A DNA stretch of 62,323 nucleotides from a virus (IMGVR_UViG_3300006916_000050:1-62323); one strand, 5' to 3'; counted from the stretch's first letter, positions 8,812 through 18,956 are shown. Numbers and translations are program-made. The notes: a model not told the origin generated them from the letters alone.

Positions 8812-9044
8812 TTGACCACCTCGATCCTGATGTCCGGCAGCACACGAACGCCGTGACCGTAGACGTACTTGATGTCGCCGGAACGCCGAGCCTCTGGCTT
8901 GCCGTCCGCCAATACGCAGCCCGCTTCGGCGTACGTGTTGATTGCCTCCAGCGCCGCGTTGTTGCAGGCAAGCACACGATCGAACGCGTGCTTCACCTCA
9001 TAGTCGCCGCCCATGATGGCAGCTACGATCAGGACGAACTTCAT
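8808..9044 (-). CDS. Hypothetical protein
   Basis: GGAGG RBS; ATGA coupling. Confidence 0.65.
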   Translation of the reverse strand: MKFVLIVAAIMGGDYEVKHAFDRVLACNNAALEAINTYAEAGCVLADGKPEARRSGDIKYVYGHGVRVLPDIRIEVVK

Positions 9045-9289
9045 TTGCGCGCCTCCCCGATTTCGCCGCCTTCATACGGAACGGGCTCCTTGGCGGGTGT
9101 GGCGATGACCGCAGTGTAGACGACGCCCTTGCCGAGCATGCACTCCGCACCAGACTTGCAGGACAGGTGGCGGATGTCGCCGCTCTCGATACCAGCCAGA
9201 GCGTCCGCTAGGGCCATCTCCTCGCCGATCAATACCTCGCCGAACTCCATCTTGTGAGGCCCGGTCAGCAGGGTTAGGTTGACGTACAT
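9041..9289 (-). CDS. Hypothetical protein
   Basis: AAGGAG RBS. Confidence 0.65.
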   Translation of the reverse strand: MYVNLTLLTGPHKMEFGEVLIGEEMALADALAGIESGDIRHLSCKSGAECMLGKGVVYTAVIATPAKEPVPYEGGEIGEARK

Positions 9290-9323
9290 TGTCTTCTCCT
9301 TGGTTGTGGCTTGGCGGGATGCC

Positions 9324-9563
9324 TTACCGAATTATTTCCTCGAGGTGCTGCTTCATACAGTCGATGCAGTCGTCCTCGAAGCGCTTGCCGTGCTCACAGA
9401 GCTCGAGAGCCTTGTTCATGGTGCCTTCCGTGGACTCCCGTGGGTAGTTGCCCGTGACGGCGACCGACATGGCGATCATCACCTTGTCGACCTCTGCCTG
9501 CAGAGCCTCGACAGACGCCTCGAGCTCCATCATGTAAACCTTCTCGAGCGGTGTCATAGCCAC
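9324..9563 (-). CDS. Hypothetical protein with C-terminal CEH..CxxC (possible Zn site)
   Basis: ORF track. Confidence 0.6.
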   Translation of the reverse strand: MAMTPLEKVYMMELEASVEALQAEVDKVMIAMSVAVTGNYPRESTEGTMNKALELCEHGKRFEDDCIDCMKQHLEEIIR

Positions 9564-9763
9564 TTCCTCGTTTTGAGCCCAGCGATGATCGCGTCGCGGT
9601 GCTCGGGCTCCATATCGTGTAAACGCTGCCGGATTATGGTCTGCGGGACCATTATCTCGATCACTTCCTCGTCGCTCTCGTCAAGGTAGGCCGAAACGTG
9701 CAGCTGCTTCTTGATCTGGTCGGACACGAGGGTCGACACGGCGTTCAAGGCATATTCAGACAT
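9554..9763 (-). CDS. Hypothetical protein
   Basis: Coupled ORF. Confidence 0.6.
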   Translation of the reverse strand: MSEYALNAVSTLVSDQIKKQLHVSAYLDESDEEVIEIMVPQTIIRQRLHDMEPEHRDAIIAGLKTRKWL

Positions 9764-10856
9764 CAGGCTTCTCCGTATGTGGCGGAACGGCGTCAGGGAT
9801 GCGCTCCATAATCCCGTCGACGGCAGCCTGCAGATCGGTGCGCAGCGCGTCCATGTCGATCGCAGGAGGTCGATCGTCGACCCAATTGCCCCTGATCATG
9901 CTGTCACGCATGACTACAAGCGATGCGATCGCCTTGGTGATGTGCGATAGGCCGCTGTCGGCGTCGATGTCCTCGCCCTCCCAGAACTGCCCGATGTGAC
10001 CTACGGCCGCGTCGACGTACACAGAGGCCCGAACGCCAGCGTCGCGGTAGTTGTGCCGCCCGTACTTGCGCGCGCCTTCCAGTAGCGCAACAGCGAGCTC
10101 CCATATAACCGTCATGGGGAGGACAGAGAACTGCCTCCACTTGCCGGTCCCGACCGCGTCCTTCGGGTTGGTCTTCTTCTTCGAAACCACCTCGGCGAAC
10201 TCCTTGTCGATCTGCCGGTTCAAGGCAAGGTCTTCGACCTTCCGGGTAACCCTGCCGCTATCAAGCAGCCACTTTATACCGTCGATGCAGCCCGACGGGA
10301 TGTTCGGCCGCGAGTGCCACTGCAGCTGCATTGCGCCGTACGCGCAATAAAGGACGCCGTCATCGTTTGGCCTGCCGTGACGATACTTGCTCGCCTGAAC
10401 CCATTGCGACGCAGCAATGTCGAACAGCATTTGGCTATTTTTTGGACCTGCCTTAACGAGAATCACTCGATCGTCCTCGCTAGACTTGCGGAACTCGACT
10501 TCGTTCTCCTTTTCGAAGTTGCCCATTCGCTCGAACTCTGACAGTGGAACGTAGTCATCGCCAAGTATGATCGAGCGGTCGTCTTCCTTGATCTTCTTGA
10601 AGAACGTCAGCACCTCGGGGATGTCGCACCAGCCGCCGGTCGTGAGCGTGCCGAGCCGCCTTTCCTTGACCGTGTTGATGAACCGAACCCTGCGCTCGGT
10701 CATGTACCAGTCGCTCTCGGGGATGATGAAGCAATCGTCCATGGGGATCGCCGCGCCGCTGATCAGGTCACGTTGATCGCCGGGAACCTTGCAGACATAG
10801 AACCGAGCACTTGTCCCGTTCTTGCGCTTGTCATCTCTCAGGTATTGCAGAGCCAT
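9756..10856 (-). CDS. dATP/dGTP diphosphohydrolase (DUF5664-like) domain fused to an unknown N-terminal region
   Basis: TNPKDAVG..EGARKYGRHNYR..RASVYVDAA..GEDIDADSGLSHI. Confidence 0.8.
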   Translation of the reverse strand: MALQYLRDDKRKNGTSARFYVCKVPGDQRDLISGAAIPMDDCFIIPESDWYMTERRVRFINTVKERRLGTLTTGGWCDIPEVLTFFKKIKEDDRSIILGDDYVPLSEFERMGNFEKENEVEFRKSSEDDRVILVKAGPKNSQMLFDIAASQWVQASKYRHGRPNDDGVLYCAYGAMQLQWHSRPNIPSGCIDGIKWLLDSGRVTRKVEDLALNRQIDKEFAEVVSKKKTNPKDAVGTGKWRQFSVLPMTVIWELAVALLEGARKYGRHNYRDAGVRASVYVDAAVGHIGQFWEGEDIDADSGLSHITKAIASLVVMRDSMIRGNWVDDRPPAIDMDALRTDLQAAVDGIMERIPDAVPPHTEKPDV

Positions 10857-11226
10857 CTAATCGTCCTTCCTTCTTGTGTAGCGATGCGACCTCGAACACG
10901 AAGTCCATCAGGTGAGCCGGGAACCTGTCGGTGTGCGGGTTCGTCGCGAACTCCGCGACCAGCAGGTCTTGGTCGGGTTCTGGATTGCAGCATAGAATGA
11001 TCTTCCCGAGCCGCAAGTCAAAATACAGTTTAAGGTAAACCTTACGGGTCGACGGCTTTACGACATACTCGTCGATGCACTCCCGGAGCTCACATAGCTG
11101 CTTGTACTTCTCGTCCATGCCGTCGATCATCGCCACGAACCGCGCGATGCTGCAGGTGTAGTTGTAAGGCCACGCCATGTCAGGTTGACAGTTGCCGCCT
11201 TCAAGAACCAGAGCGCGCCACGTCAT
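10831..11226 (-). CDS. Hypothetical protein
   Basis: Coupled ORF. Confidence 0.55.
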   Translation of the reverse strand: MTWRALVLEGGNCQPDMAWPYNYTCSIARFVAMIDGMDEKYKQLCELRECIDEYVVKPSTRKVYLKLYFDLRLGKIILCCNPEPDQDLLVAEFATNPHTDRFPAHLMDFVFEVASLHKKEGRLDGSAIPER

Positions 11227-11411
11227 GCGTCAAGCCCCTCGAGGTATGCGTTGCCCTTCTCGGTCGGTTGGCCGTTCGGGTGGACGTAGCCGTTGCGCCG
11301 GAGCTCGGTGTAGGCGTGCCATGTGGCAGCGCCGTCGTTGCATAGCGCCTGTCTGTCGTGCGTCCCTCGGTCCGCCAATAGCTCGAGAATTGTTTGCTCG
11401 AATTCAGTCAT
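11223..11411 (-). CDS. Small protein, possibly winged-HTH-like
   Basis: AAGGAG RBS; EQTILELL...ELRRNGYV...TEKGNAYL pattern. Confidence 0.5.
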   Translation of the reverse strand: MTEFEQTILELLADRGTHDRQALCNDGAATWHAYTELRRNGYVHPNGQPTEKGNAYLEGLDA

Positions 11412-11422
11412 TGCTTCACTCC

Positions 11423-12922
11423 TTACACGATGTCGATCAGGGTGGATTTCGCGCGCGTGACCGCGACATACTCGAGGTTGACCTCCTGCGCCATCTGCCA
11501 GTCTTGGCGAGCGAACTGCGAGGGGTTGTACTGGTCGCGGTGCAGGATGTAGACCGTGTCCCATTCCAGCCCCTTCGACTTGTGCTGCGAGCACAGGGTG
11601 ATCGTGTCCTGCAGGTTCGATACGTTATCGCCGAACATGCCCTCGATCAGAGCGCGCAGATCAGCGACGGTGTTACCGTTCTGTTCGCGCACACGGTCGA
11701 TCAGGACCTTGATGGTGGCGACTTGGTCGGTGATGCGATCAGCGCGATCTTCCTGCTCCTTCTCGAGAGCCTTCTTCACTTCCTTCTCGAGGTAGACTTC
11801 CAGCTTGTTCTCGAGAGCGTCGATGGTCTTGATCTTCCAGCGGGTCGCCAGCTTCACCAAGCCCTCGCCAATGTTGCGCCCTTCGATCTTCGCTGCCTTG
11901 CCTTCGCGTATCAATGCGAAGCACATCTCGACCAGTGGCTTGTTGTAGCGGCACAGGATCGCGTCGCCCGGTTCGGCTTCGGCGTAGGCCGTCGCGAGGT
12001 CGACGGTCCTGTAGGTGCCTTCTGGAGCGCCGGGGACCGACGTGATGTGCGAGACCAGCTTCCGGGCTTGAGCGACAACAGCCTTCGGGCAGCGGAACGA
12101 ATCGGTGAGCATCATCTCGGTGCACTTGAAGCGAGCCTTGATCTGATCGAGCGAATCATTGTCCGCGCCAGTGAAGCCGAAAATTGCCTGATGTGGATCG
12201 CCGACTGCGATCAGGCGGGACTCCCTCCACATCATCCGGGCAGCCATCTCGCGCCGGGTAGGGTTGGTGTCTTGAGCTTCGTCGATGACCACGAGGCCGT
12301 ATGTCCAGAACTTGCAGCGCTTGAGCAGTGGCATGTAGACCATGTCGTCGAAGTCGATCACGTCGAGCATGGTCGAGGACTTGCGCAGAACCCAATCCGC
12401 GCCCTTGAGCATACGAGCGACGTCGGCCGACTCCGGCAGAGCGTCGAGGAGGTCGTAGTGATACGCCATGTCCTCCCAATCCTGCAGCGTAGGGTTCGGC
12501 GTGCAGCCGTCAATATAGAAGCCACGCTGCTTGGCCATGGACACGACCTTCGCAATTACTGCCGTGTACTCGCCGAGGCTCGGGTCGTTGACCTCCAGCG
12601 CGTCCATGATCTTGAGGACCTTCTTGCCGTCCAGCTCGAGGTTGAACGTGCCTTCGTATGCGCGACGCAGAGCAGTGAGACCGGCCGAGTGAAACGTCAT
12701 GCAGAAGGTCTGCTTGAGTCCGACCGTCTTCTCTTTAAGCTCCTTGGCCATCTTGGTGTTGTAGGCGACGATGCAGGAGCGACCGTCGAAGCGCTTGGCA
12801 GCCTCGACCATCGTCGTGGTCTTGCCCGCGCCCGCGACTGCGATCAGGATGCCGTTACCGGTGCCAGCCTCGACGAAGTCGAAGACCGCTTGCTGCATGT
12901 CGGAGGGGATGAAGTTCGTCAT
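11423..12922 (-). CDS. SF1 UvrD/Rep-like helicase
   Basis: AVAGAGKTT, VIDEAQD, VGDPHQAIFGF, HKSKGLEW, YVAVTRAK. Confidence 0.92.
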   Translation of the reverse strand: MTNFIPSDMQQAVFDFVEAGTGNGILIAVAGAGKTTTMVEAAKRFDGRSCIVAYNTKMAKELKEKTVGLKQTFCMTFHSAGLTALRRAYEGTFNLELDGKKVLKIMDALEVNDPSLGEYTAVIAKVVSMAKQRGFYIDGCTPNPTLQDWEDMAYHYDLLDALPESADVARMLKGADWVLRKSSTMLDVIDFDDMVYMPLLKRCKFWTYGLVVIDEAQDTNPTRREMAARMMWRESRLIAVGDPHQAIFGFTGADNDSLDQIKARFKCTEMMLTDSFRCPKAVVAQARKLVSHITSVPGAPEGTYRTVDLATAYAEAEPGDAILCRYNKPLVEMCFALIREGKAAKIEGRNIGEGLVKLATRWKIKTIDALENKLEVYLEKEVKKALEKEQEDRADRITDQVATIKVLIDRVREQNGNTVADLRALIEGMFGDNVSNLQDTITLCSQHKSKGLEWDTVYILHRDQYNPSQFARQDWQMAQEVNLEYVAVTRAKSTLIDIV

Positions 12923-12952
12923 GTTTTTCTTCCTTGAATTGATTGAGGCCCG

Positions 12953-13004
12953 AGAATAGTTGTTCCCGGACCTCCTTGTCAATCGCTGATTTCGTTATGG
13001 TTAA
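12953..13004 (-). promoter_or_regulatory. Promoter with CtrA-like box
   Basis: TTAACCAT-14-TTGACA-18-TATTCT; a hairpin overlaps the -10. Confidence 0.75.
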
Positions 13005-13012
13005 TTCCCCAT

Positions 13013-13120
13013 TTAGAATCCGACCTGCGGTGCGTTGTAGACGTCGACCGCTGCGAACAATAACAGAGTCACGATGGCGATCGCGCCGAATATGATGATG
13101 ATCTTCGAGTTGTCGTTCAT
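13013..13120 (-). CDS. Small membrane peptide (35 aa)
   Basis: MNDNSKIIIIFGAIAIVTLLF..., ATGA-coupled, read manually. Confidence 0.5.
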   Translation of the reverse strand: MNDNSKIIIIFGAIAIVTLLLFAAVDVYNAPQVGF

Positions 13121-13542
13121 GAGTCGCCGCCCTCCTGATGGACGATCTTGTTGTAGTGCACTCGCTTGTCCTTCGTCAGGAACAGCGTCGTGAGCTGATC
13201 AGCGAGAGCGTCGCACATTATGTCGATGACCTCTGTGTCCCAGAGTTCGCACGGGTCGAACGGTAGCTTGAGCCTGATCATCTCAGGAGCGATAGAGACC
13301 TCGAAGAACTCGGCGTTCGCCGTGCGTGCCACGTTGATCGCTTCGACCTTCTCGACGACCCGAGCCGCGAGCTTGGTCGAGACCGAGTTCAGATTATTGA
13401 GTAGCTTGCCGACGATCTCTCGATTCAGCTGCAGCTCCTCGCGCATGTTCTTGAGCTCGGCCGACAGAGCCTTGAGCTCGTCGTCGTCAATCTTCCCGTC
13501 CTTCACTGCGTCCTTCAACAGCATCTCGATGCTCTTGCTCAT
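13117..13542 (-). CDS. Hypothetical coiled-coil protein
   Basis: ORF track. Confidence 0.65.
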   Translation of the reverse strand: MSKSIEMLLKDAVKDGKIDDDELKALSAELKNMREELQLNREIVGKLLNNLNSVSTKLAARVVEKVEAINVARTANAEFFEVSIAPEMIRLKLPFDPCELWDTEVIDIMCDALADQLTTLFLTKDKRVHYNKIVHQEGGDS

Positions 13543-13793
13543 GGAGTTCTTCCCTTAGTTTTGCCCGCCTGTCGGCGAACGGTTTCGAAACATATTCTCT
13601 CGACATGATGATCGACTTTGCAATCGACCGCTTCTTCGGCGGCTTCGACCGCCGTATCATTTGCCATCATCCTCGAACAGTGCTTGCAGCTCGCAGACCG
13701 CTTTTTTCAGAGCCTCGACCTCCTCGGCCAGCGTGGTCCGCTCCCGATCCTGTCGTTCTCTTCGTGCGTCGGCAGCCAGCGCCAGCTTCTTGA

Positions 13794-14078
13794 TCATCCG
13801 CCGCGCTCCTCGGTGTAGCGCAGGAGCTCGTTCGAGAGCTTGCCCTCATAGCCGTGCGGGTTCTTGATGATCTCCGCGTCGGTGTTGTCGATGCCGACCA
13901 GCGCCCACTCCGCGTCGATGATGTCCTTGTTGACCTTCTTGCGATCCATGAGGACGCGATACGATGCGAGGAACGCGATGCCGTCTTCCTTGGTCTTGAA
14001 GGGAATCCGCTCGACCACTTGCACGGTGTTGAGGGGTGAGCCGTTGTTATATTGAAACGTGATTCGGAGCGTCGGCAT
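13794..14078 (-). CDS. Hypothetical protein
   Basis: ORF track; operon context. Confidence 0.6.
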   Translation of the reverse strand: MPTLRITFQYNNGSPLNTVQVVERIPFKTKEDGIAFLASYRVLMDRKKVNKDIIDAEWALVGIDNTDAEIIKNPHGYEGKLSNELLRYTEERGG

Positions 14079-14376
14079 ATATCCAGACCTTCAGTAGGTT
14101 GCCCTCGACGACGATGCGCGAGGGGATGTTGAGGCGTTTACACGCTTCGCGGGTGTGCACTGTCCACCAAGCGTCGGATTCAGCATACCGGTCGCCCTTA
14201 CCCGGAAACAGCATCGAGAACAAGTTGTAGTCTTTTTCGGCTTGGCCGTCCAGAGCGTAGGTCATCAGCTTCGGACTACACTCGTCGACGATCGGGCAGG
14301 TGCCGAGCACGGCGACCTCCTTCTCGGTGATCACGAGGTCGTTACCGCAGGTCGCGCAAGTCATGTTGAGTCTCAC
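14047..14376 (-). CDS. Hypothetical protein (N-terminal CxxC)
   Basis: GTGA coupling to the deaminase gene. Confidence 0.55.
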   Translation of the reverse strand: MRLNMTCATCGNDLVITEKEVAVLGTCPIVDECSPKLMTYALDGQAEKDYNLFSMLFPGKGDRYAESDAWWTVHTREACKRLNIPSRIVVEGNLLKVWIYADAPNHVSI

Positions 14377-14858
14377 TTGGTTTCTTCCTCCTTTGGCATG
14401 TCTACGCGGTCGAGCGCATCGTGCATGTGATTCGTTGTCACCTCCTGCGCGCGGACGTCAACGCGACAGTGATGCAGAAGAAGGCCGCCGTGCTCGTGGT
14501 GATCGGCACGTTGTGGCCGAGCTGAATTGTAGACCACCTCCTTGATCCCGGCCGCCGCTATGTGCTTGCAGCAATTGTCGCACGGGTAGAACGACGTGTA
14601 GAGCGTCGCGCCGTCGGTGGAGACGCCGTTCTTCGCGGCGATCAGCAGAGCGTTCATCTCGGCGTGGACGACGAACTCATACTTGAGAGGCCGCTGCCAA
14701 TTGTGCGAGGTGTCGGGGAACCCTGCCGGGAACCCATTGTAGCCCATGGACAGGACTCGGTTGTCGAGAACCAGAACCGCGCCGACTTTCGTCGAAGGGT
14801 CCTTCGATCGCATGGCCGCCATCTCGGCCATGAGGAGAAAATACGTGTCCCAGTTCAT
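14373..14858 (-). CDS. dCMP deaminase
   Basis: WDTYF..RSKDPSTKVGAV..GYNG..HAEMNA..PCDNC. Confidence 0.92.
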   Translation of the reverse strand: MNWDTYFLLMAEMAAMRSKDPSTKVGAVLVLDNRVLSMGYNGFPAGFPDTSHNWQRPLKYEFVVHAEMNALLIAAKNGVSTDGATLYTSFYPCDNCCKHIAAAGIKEVVYNSARPQRADHHEHGGLLLHHCRVDVRAQEVTTNHMHDALDRVDMPKEEETK

Positions 14859-15220
14859 AGCATAACCTTCCCGAATAATTCCTCGTCTATGTCCCAGCAT
14901 CCGGCACTCTTCGACTGTTTCTCGATCGAGATCACCTGCGCCCGTGTCGCAATCATCCTGATTATCTTCGCCCGGTCGACTCCCGGCGCTGCCGTGTACT
15001 CGAGAGCGTCGATCACCTCGCCCAGCTTCGCGTCGTATTCACCGAGCCCCTTGCAGGCGACATACCGCACTGTCTTGAGCATCAGATCGTAGAACGCGTC
15101 CTTGCGCAGCTTCGCGTCTGCGCGCTCGATCTGCTCCTTCGTCAGGAGATCGCTCTTACCAGCGTGGGCGGACGTGATCAACAGGAGCGCGATCGGTATA
15201 GCATACAAGAGAGCCTTCAT
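14855..15220 (-). CDS. Hypothetical exported protein
   Basis: Signal peptide-like N-terminus ending AHA. Confidence 0.6.
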   Translation of the reverse strand: MKALLYAIPIALLLITSAHAGKSDLLTKEQIERADAKLRKDAFYDLMLKTVRYVACKGLGEYDAKLGEVIDALEYTAAPGVDRAKIIRMIATRAQVISIEKQSKSAGCWDIDEELFGKVML

Positions 15221-15373
15221 GGCGAACCTTCGCTTCTTGCCCGTTCGAGCAATTCTGTTTGTTCCTCACGCAGCCGCTTGTTGTCGGCCACAAGGTCGTT
15301 AATGTGGTCATTGGCGTTCGCCAAAGCCATCCAAATCACGCAGCAACAGTCCGGTCCCAGCTTGTCCTTGATG

Positions 15374-15640
15374 TCAATCATCGCCTTCTCTTTTCTCGGC
15401 CAGCGCGGCGCGGGCTGTGTCACCAAATTGAGGGTTGTCCCAGCAATAAGGATGCTGTCGATCTGCATAGTATTTCAACGCCTCCCGCAGCCGCTCGTTG
15501 TCGGCTTCCAGTCTGTCAATGGCCTTGTGCAATTCAGCATCAGCCCGCCTGCGTCTCTGCTTGTGGACGGGTAATAGTTCGTCAATTGGTTGCCACCATT
15601 TACTGTCAGCCATCACTTGCTCCATTAGTTTCTGATTCAT
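15374..15640 (-). CDS. Hypothetical protein
   Basis: IDRLEADNERLREALKYYAD, a common phage coiled-coil pattern. Confidence 0.55.
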   Translation of the reverse strand: MNQKLMEQVMADSKWWQPIDELLPVHKQRRRRADAELHKAIDRLEADNERLREALKYYADRQHPYCWDNPQFGDTARAALAEKREGDD

Positions 15641-15857
15641 TGCGCAAGCGTTTAATCATTCCATGCCAATCTTCAAGTTGACCGACAGTTTTACCGTGCT
15701 TAGAAATCCGACGCATAAATGGTCCGGGGCCACCGGCACTAAATCTGTCGCGTTCTTCGCGGGTGTGGAAACCCACAAGACCGTCCTCTGGCTCGTCACG
15801 ATCCCACCAACACCAGACAGGCTCGATTTCACCAGAATATTCGGGTGTCCATGTCAT
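15606..15857 (-). CDS. Hypothetical protein
   Basis: AAGGAG RBS. Confidence 0.55.
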   Translation of the reverse strand: MTWTPEYSGEIEPVWCWWDRDEPEDGLVGFHTREERDRFSAGGPGPFMRRISKHGKTVGQLEDWHGMIKRLRNESETNGASDG

Positions 15858-15868
15858 CGCTTGCTCCT

Positions 15869-16471
15869 TTATTCTTCTGTCGAATTTGCCGAAGGCACAA
15901 GCCTATAGAGCGGGTCGCCTTTTTGAAGGTCGGTGTCCCAGCAGTCGTCGTGCACTTCTGGATCATAGCCGCCGGGAACCTCCTCGGCGACGCCGAGCAG
16001 TAGAGCGCGATCTTGCAGCTCCCCGCCGTCGATGTCGAGCCCTTGCCAGCTCTCGGCCATGGCCCAGATCACCAGCTGCTCGTAACGCTTCAGACGGTAG
16101 AGTTCATCTGCCTGCAATTCAAGTTCACGAGCCATTCGGTGCGCGAGGACGACCATGTTGTTGTAGACTTCAGCGTTCTCGTGCCTATGATCGACGGTTT
16201 TCTGTATGCGTGCAGCTTTGATCAGCATCTCAGCAGGTGTTTTCATTGGGTCCTTCCTGTAGGGGTTTGTGTAAAGCTCGCCGTCAGGGAAGTGATACCG
16301 GCCGCACTGCTCGCAAGCCCATCGCTTATAGATCACCTCGCAGGTCGGAACTCGCTCCGAGTTAAGCGCCGCCTCTGCCTCACTGTAAACTGGTTTGAAC
16401 ACTGGATTCAGAGTTTCGTAGCCGCACCTCTTGCAGATCATTGTTGCGGTCCTTTCGGTAGGGGTTGCCAT
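15869..16471 (-). CDS. Hypothetical protein with N-terminal Zn-ribbon (CKRC..CEQC)
   Basis: ORF track; an internal start at MKTPAEM is possible. Confidence 0.55.
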   Translation of the reverse strand: MATPTERTATMICKRCGYETLNPVFKPVYSEAEAALNSERVPTCEVIYKRWACEQCGRYHFPDGELYTNPYRKDPMKTPAEMLIKAARIQKTVDHRHENAEVYNNMVVLAHRMARELELQADELYRLKRYEQLVIWAMAESWQGLDIDGGELQDRALLLGVAEEVPGGYDPEVHDDCWDTDLQKGDPLYRLVPSANSTEE

Positions 16472-16845
16472 GCTGTCGGGTAGGCTAACTCGCCGCTGTC
16501 TGAATAATAGCTGCCATTGGTGCCGCGCCAGCCAGAGAACACGACTTCGCGTTGGTGCCGGGTGCTGCCATGAAAAAGTACATGATCAGCGGGACAGGTG
16601 TTGATGGGTTGCCATGTGCCATCGAGAGCGGCCACATTGTCCGCCAGCCTTGTCCGCAGCCGGTCGTTTGCATCCTGCAGGTCCGCAAGCAAGCGAGCGA
16701 GAGCCTCGACCTGCTTCACATGCGCGTCGATAGCGTCAGCGCCATCGTGCAGGAGCTTCATCGCCGGTGCGTCGTGCATCACATAGTGTTGACGGTCGTA
16801 TATGATCGCCTCGCGCATCCTTGTCGTGAGGGACTTAGACATCAT
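16438..16845 (-). CDS. Hypothetical protein, DUF551-like C-terminus
   Basis: WQPINTCP...PTAWQPLPKGP. Confidence 0.6.
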   Translation of the reverse strand: MMSKSLTTRMREAIIYDRQHYVMHDAPAMKLLHDGADAIDAHVKQVEALARLLADLQDANDRLRTRLADNVAALDGTWQPINTCPADHVLFHGSTRHQREVVFSGWRGTNGSYYSDSGELAYPTAWQPLPKGPQQ

Positions 16846-17035
16846 CCACCGCCTTGAGCATGTTGTTCGCTTGTCCCTTTATGAATTCCTCGAGGTGCCG
16901 CGTCCTTCGGCGCAAGTAATTTATCTCTTTAGCTGCTTCGATCAGCAACTTCCTCGGGTCGACTGCGGTGTTGTATGCAGCCGCGTCAAGTGCACGGTGT
17001 ACGATGTCGTCTGTCATTACTTTGCCTCGTCCCAA
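16835..17035 (-). CDS. Hypothetical protein
   Basis: ORF track. Confidence 0.5.
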   Translation of the reverse strand: MGRGKVMTDDIVHRALDAAAYNTAVDPRKLLIEAAKEINYLRRRTRHLEEFIKGQANNMLKAVDDV

Positions 17036-18921
17036 TTGCTGCCAGTTTTGTGCGATGCCAGAACCGGAATGTTCAGGGTTCTGATCTGTTCCATGATCTT
17101 AACCGAGTGCTCGAACGCGTCAAGCCCCTCTTGATTGTTTGGTAAACTGGAGTCGAGCTCGTCGTGAACTATCAGGTGTGGCTTCAGCACGTCGAAGACT
17201 CCGTCGTCCTGCATTTTCACCATCGCCTCCTTCATCAGGTCCGCGTTAGAGCCCTGCAGGAGCGCGTTCAGAGCCGCGTGGACGCCCGCACGGCCGACCT
17301 TGGCCCCTCGCCTGTCGTCTGCCCACTCCATGCACTCCTCCTTCGTCCCTTGGAACTTGTCGCCAGTCTTCCAGACCTTCGCCTCGTACTCGTTGAACCT
17401 GCGCCGACGTCCAGAGATCGTCTTGATGTAGCCGCGCATGTCCGCGCGCTCGAGGACGAACTGGTACGTCTCTTTGAGGTAAGGCATAGCACTGTGGAAC
17501 TTCTTGAGAACCTTCTCGGACTCGTCGAGCGACTTTCCGAGATTCTTCGCCATGGTGTCCTTGCCCATGCCATAGAGAACACCGAAGTTGATCCCCTTGG
17601 CGTCGCCTCGAGGCAGCCCGGTGATCTCGGCAGCCGCGACGTGGAAGTCAGTCTTCGGGTCGCTGATGTAGTTGTCGCGAGCCCGCCGAGCCGAGTCGTC
17701 GATGTCGGGGATCGTGTTCGCGAAGTGTATCAAGAGACGATACTCAATCTGTGACCAGTCTGCGCAGCCCCAGAGGCAGCCCTGCTCGGGTAGGAACATG
17801 CTCCGCATCAGAGGCCCGTAAACGGGATCGCGAGAGGGGATGTTCTGTAGGTTCGGTCCAGAGGAGGAGAACCGCCCGGATACAGCGCCGCCTTCGTCGC
17901 TGCGAAGCGGGTGGAATGAGCAATGAATCCGGCCGTTGACGTGCTTGTCGAGGATATAGGACTTGATGAAGGTCGAGCGTATCTTGTCCATGGTCCTGAT
18001 ATTGAGAACCTTCGCCGCTGCCTCGTTGCCGTTCTTAGCCTCTGCCTTGAGCCACGGCTTCGTGATCGACGGGGTGCCTGATGGTGTGCTCGGCGTCCAG
18101 TCGAACAGGGTCGCAACAGACGCCGCCGACCAGACGTCAATCCCGCCGAGAGCTTCCTGCGTGTCCTTGATCCCCCGGCCGATCCGGTCATAGGCTTCGT
18201 TCGCCTTCTCGAGGTCGATCGGCACGCCCCGCATGTGCATGTCGACAAGGATCGGGATCAGCTTCGACTCGGTCTCGAACACTCCCATGAGTCCCTCGCG
18301 CTCCAGACGCTTGAGCTGATGGTCGATCAGGTCGATCGGTGCGGTGATGTCCCTGATCGCATACTCGGCGACGATCGCCGGAGGGATGTTGATCATGTTC
18401 TTGATGCCGCCATGCGGCTCGAGGATGCTCGAGAGCTTTCCTTCGAACCCATTGCGAGCGAGGATGTTGTCGAGGGAATAGGAGTATTGATTCTCGTCGA
18501 GCAGTGGCTCGGCGATTTGCACATCTCTGATTGACGCCCGAGGGAATATCACTCCCCACTTAGAGCGGAGCATAGAGAGATCATATTGCAGGTTCGCGCC
18601 GACCAGCTCGCCGGTGAAGGCCGCCGCTTCCTGTTGTAGCCACGCCCGGAACTGCCCCTCGTCCACGAGCTCGCCGGAGCCGTAGGTGGAGTGCGTGGCG
18701 TAGTAGGTAGCGTCGTTGTGATCGCGCGCCAGCCCGACTCCCAGAATCCGCGCTGCAGGGTCGAAGGTGCCGATCCTCGACTTGATGTCAGGGTCATGCG
18801 TCTCGATGTCCAGCGACACGCGTCCGGCGAGCTTGAACTCGCCGATCGCCGGTGCCGTGTAAACGGGGACGTTGGAGATGTTGGCTCCGCCCGTGAGCGG
18901 GAGCTGGTCCTGCTTCGCCAT
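17017..18921 (-). CDS. polA: Family A DNA polymerase with 3'-5' exonuclease domain
   Basis: LDIETH exonuclease motif; SGRFSSSGPNLQNIP; DWSQIEYR; KGINFGVLYGMG; VHDELD. Confidence 0.95.
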   Translation of the reverse strand: MAKQDQLPLTGGANISNVPVYTAPAIGEFKLAGRVSLDIETHDPDIKSRIGTFDPAARILGVGLARDHNDATYYATHSTYGSGELVDEGQFRAWLQQEAAAFTGELVGANLQYDLSMLRSKWGVIFPRASIRDVQIAEPLLDENQYSYSLDNILARNGFEGKLSSILEPHGGIKNMINIPPAIVAEYAIRDITAPIDLIDHQLKRLEREGLMGVFETESKLIPILVDMHMRGVPIDLEKANEAYDRIGRGIKDTQEALGGIDVWSAASVATLFDWTPSTPSGTPSITKPWLKAEAKNGNEAAAKVLNIRTMDKIRSTFIKSYILDKHVNGRIHCSFHPLRSDEGGAVSGRFSSSGPNLQNIPSRDPVYGPLMRSMFLPEQGCLWGCADWSQIEYRLLIHFANTIPDIDDSARRARDNYISDPKTDFHVAAAEITGLPRGDAKGINFGVLYGMGKDTMAKNLGKSLDESEKVLKKFHSAMPYLKETYQFVLERADMRGYIKTISGRRRRFNEYEAKVWKTGDKFQGTKEECMEWADDRRGAKVGRAGVHAALNALLQGSNADLMKEAMVKMQDDGVFDVLKPHLIVHDELDSSLPNNQEGLDAFEHSVKIMEQIRTLNIPVLASHKTGSNWDEAK

Positions 18922-18956
18922 CAAGGCCGCTCCTCCCTTCTCGAGGAATGGCATGA

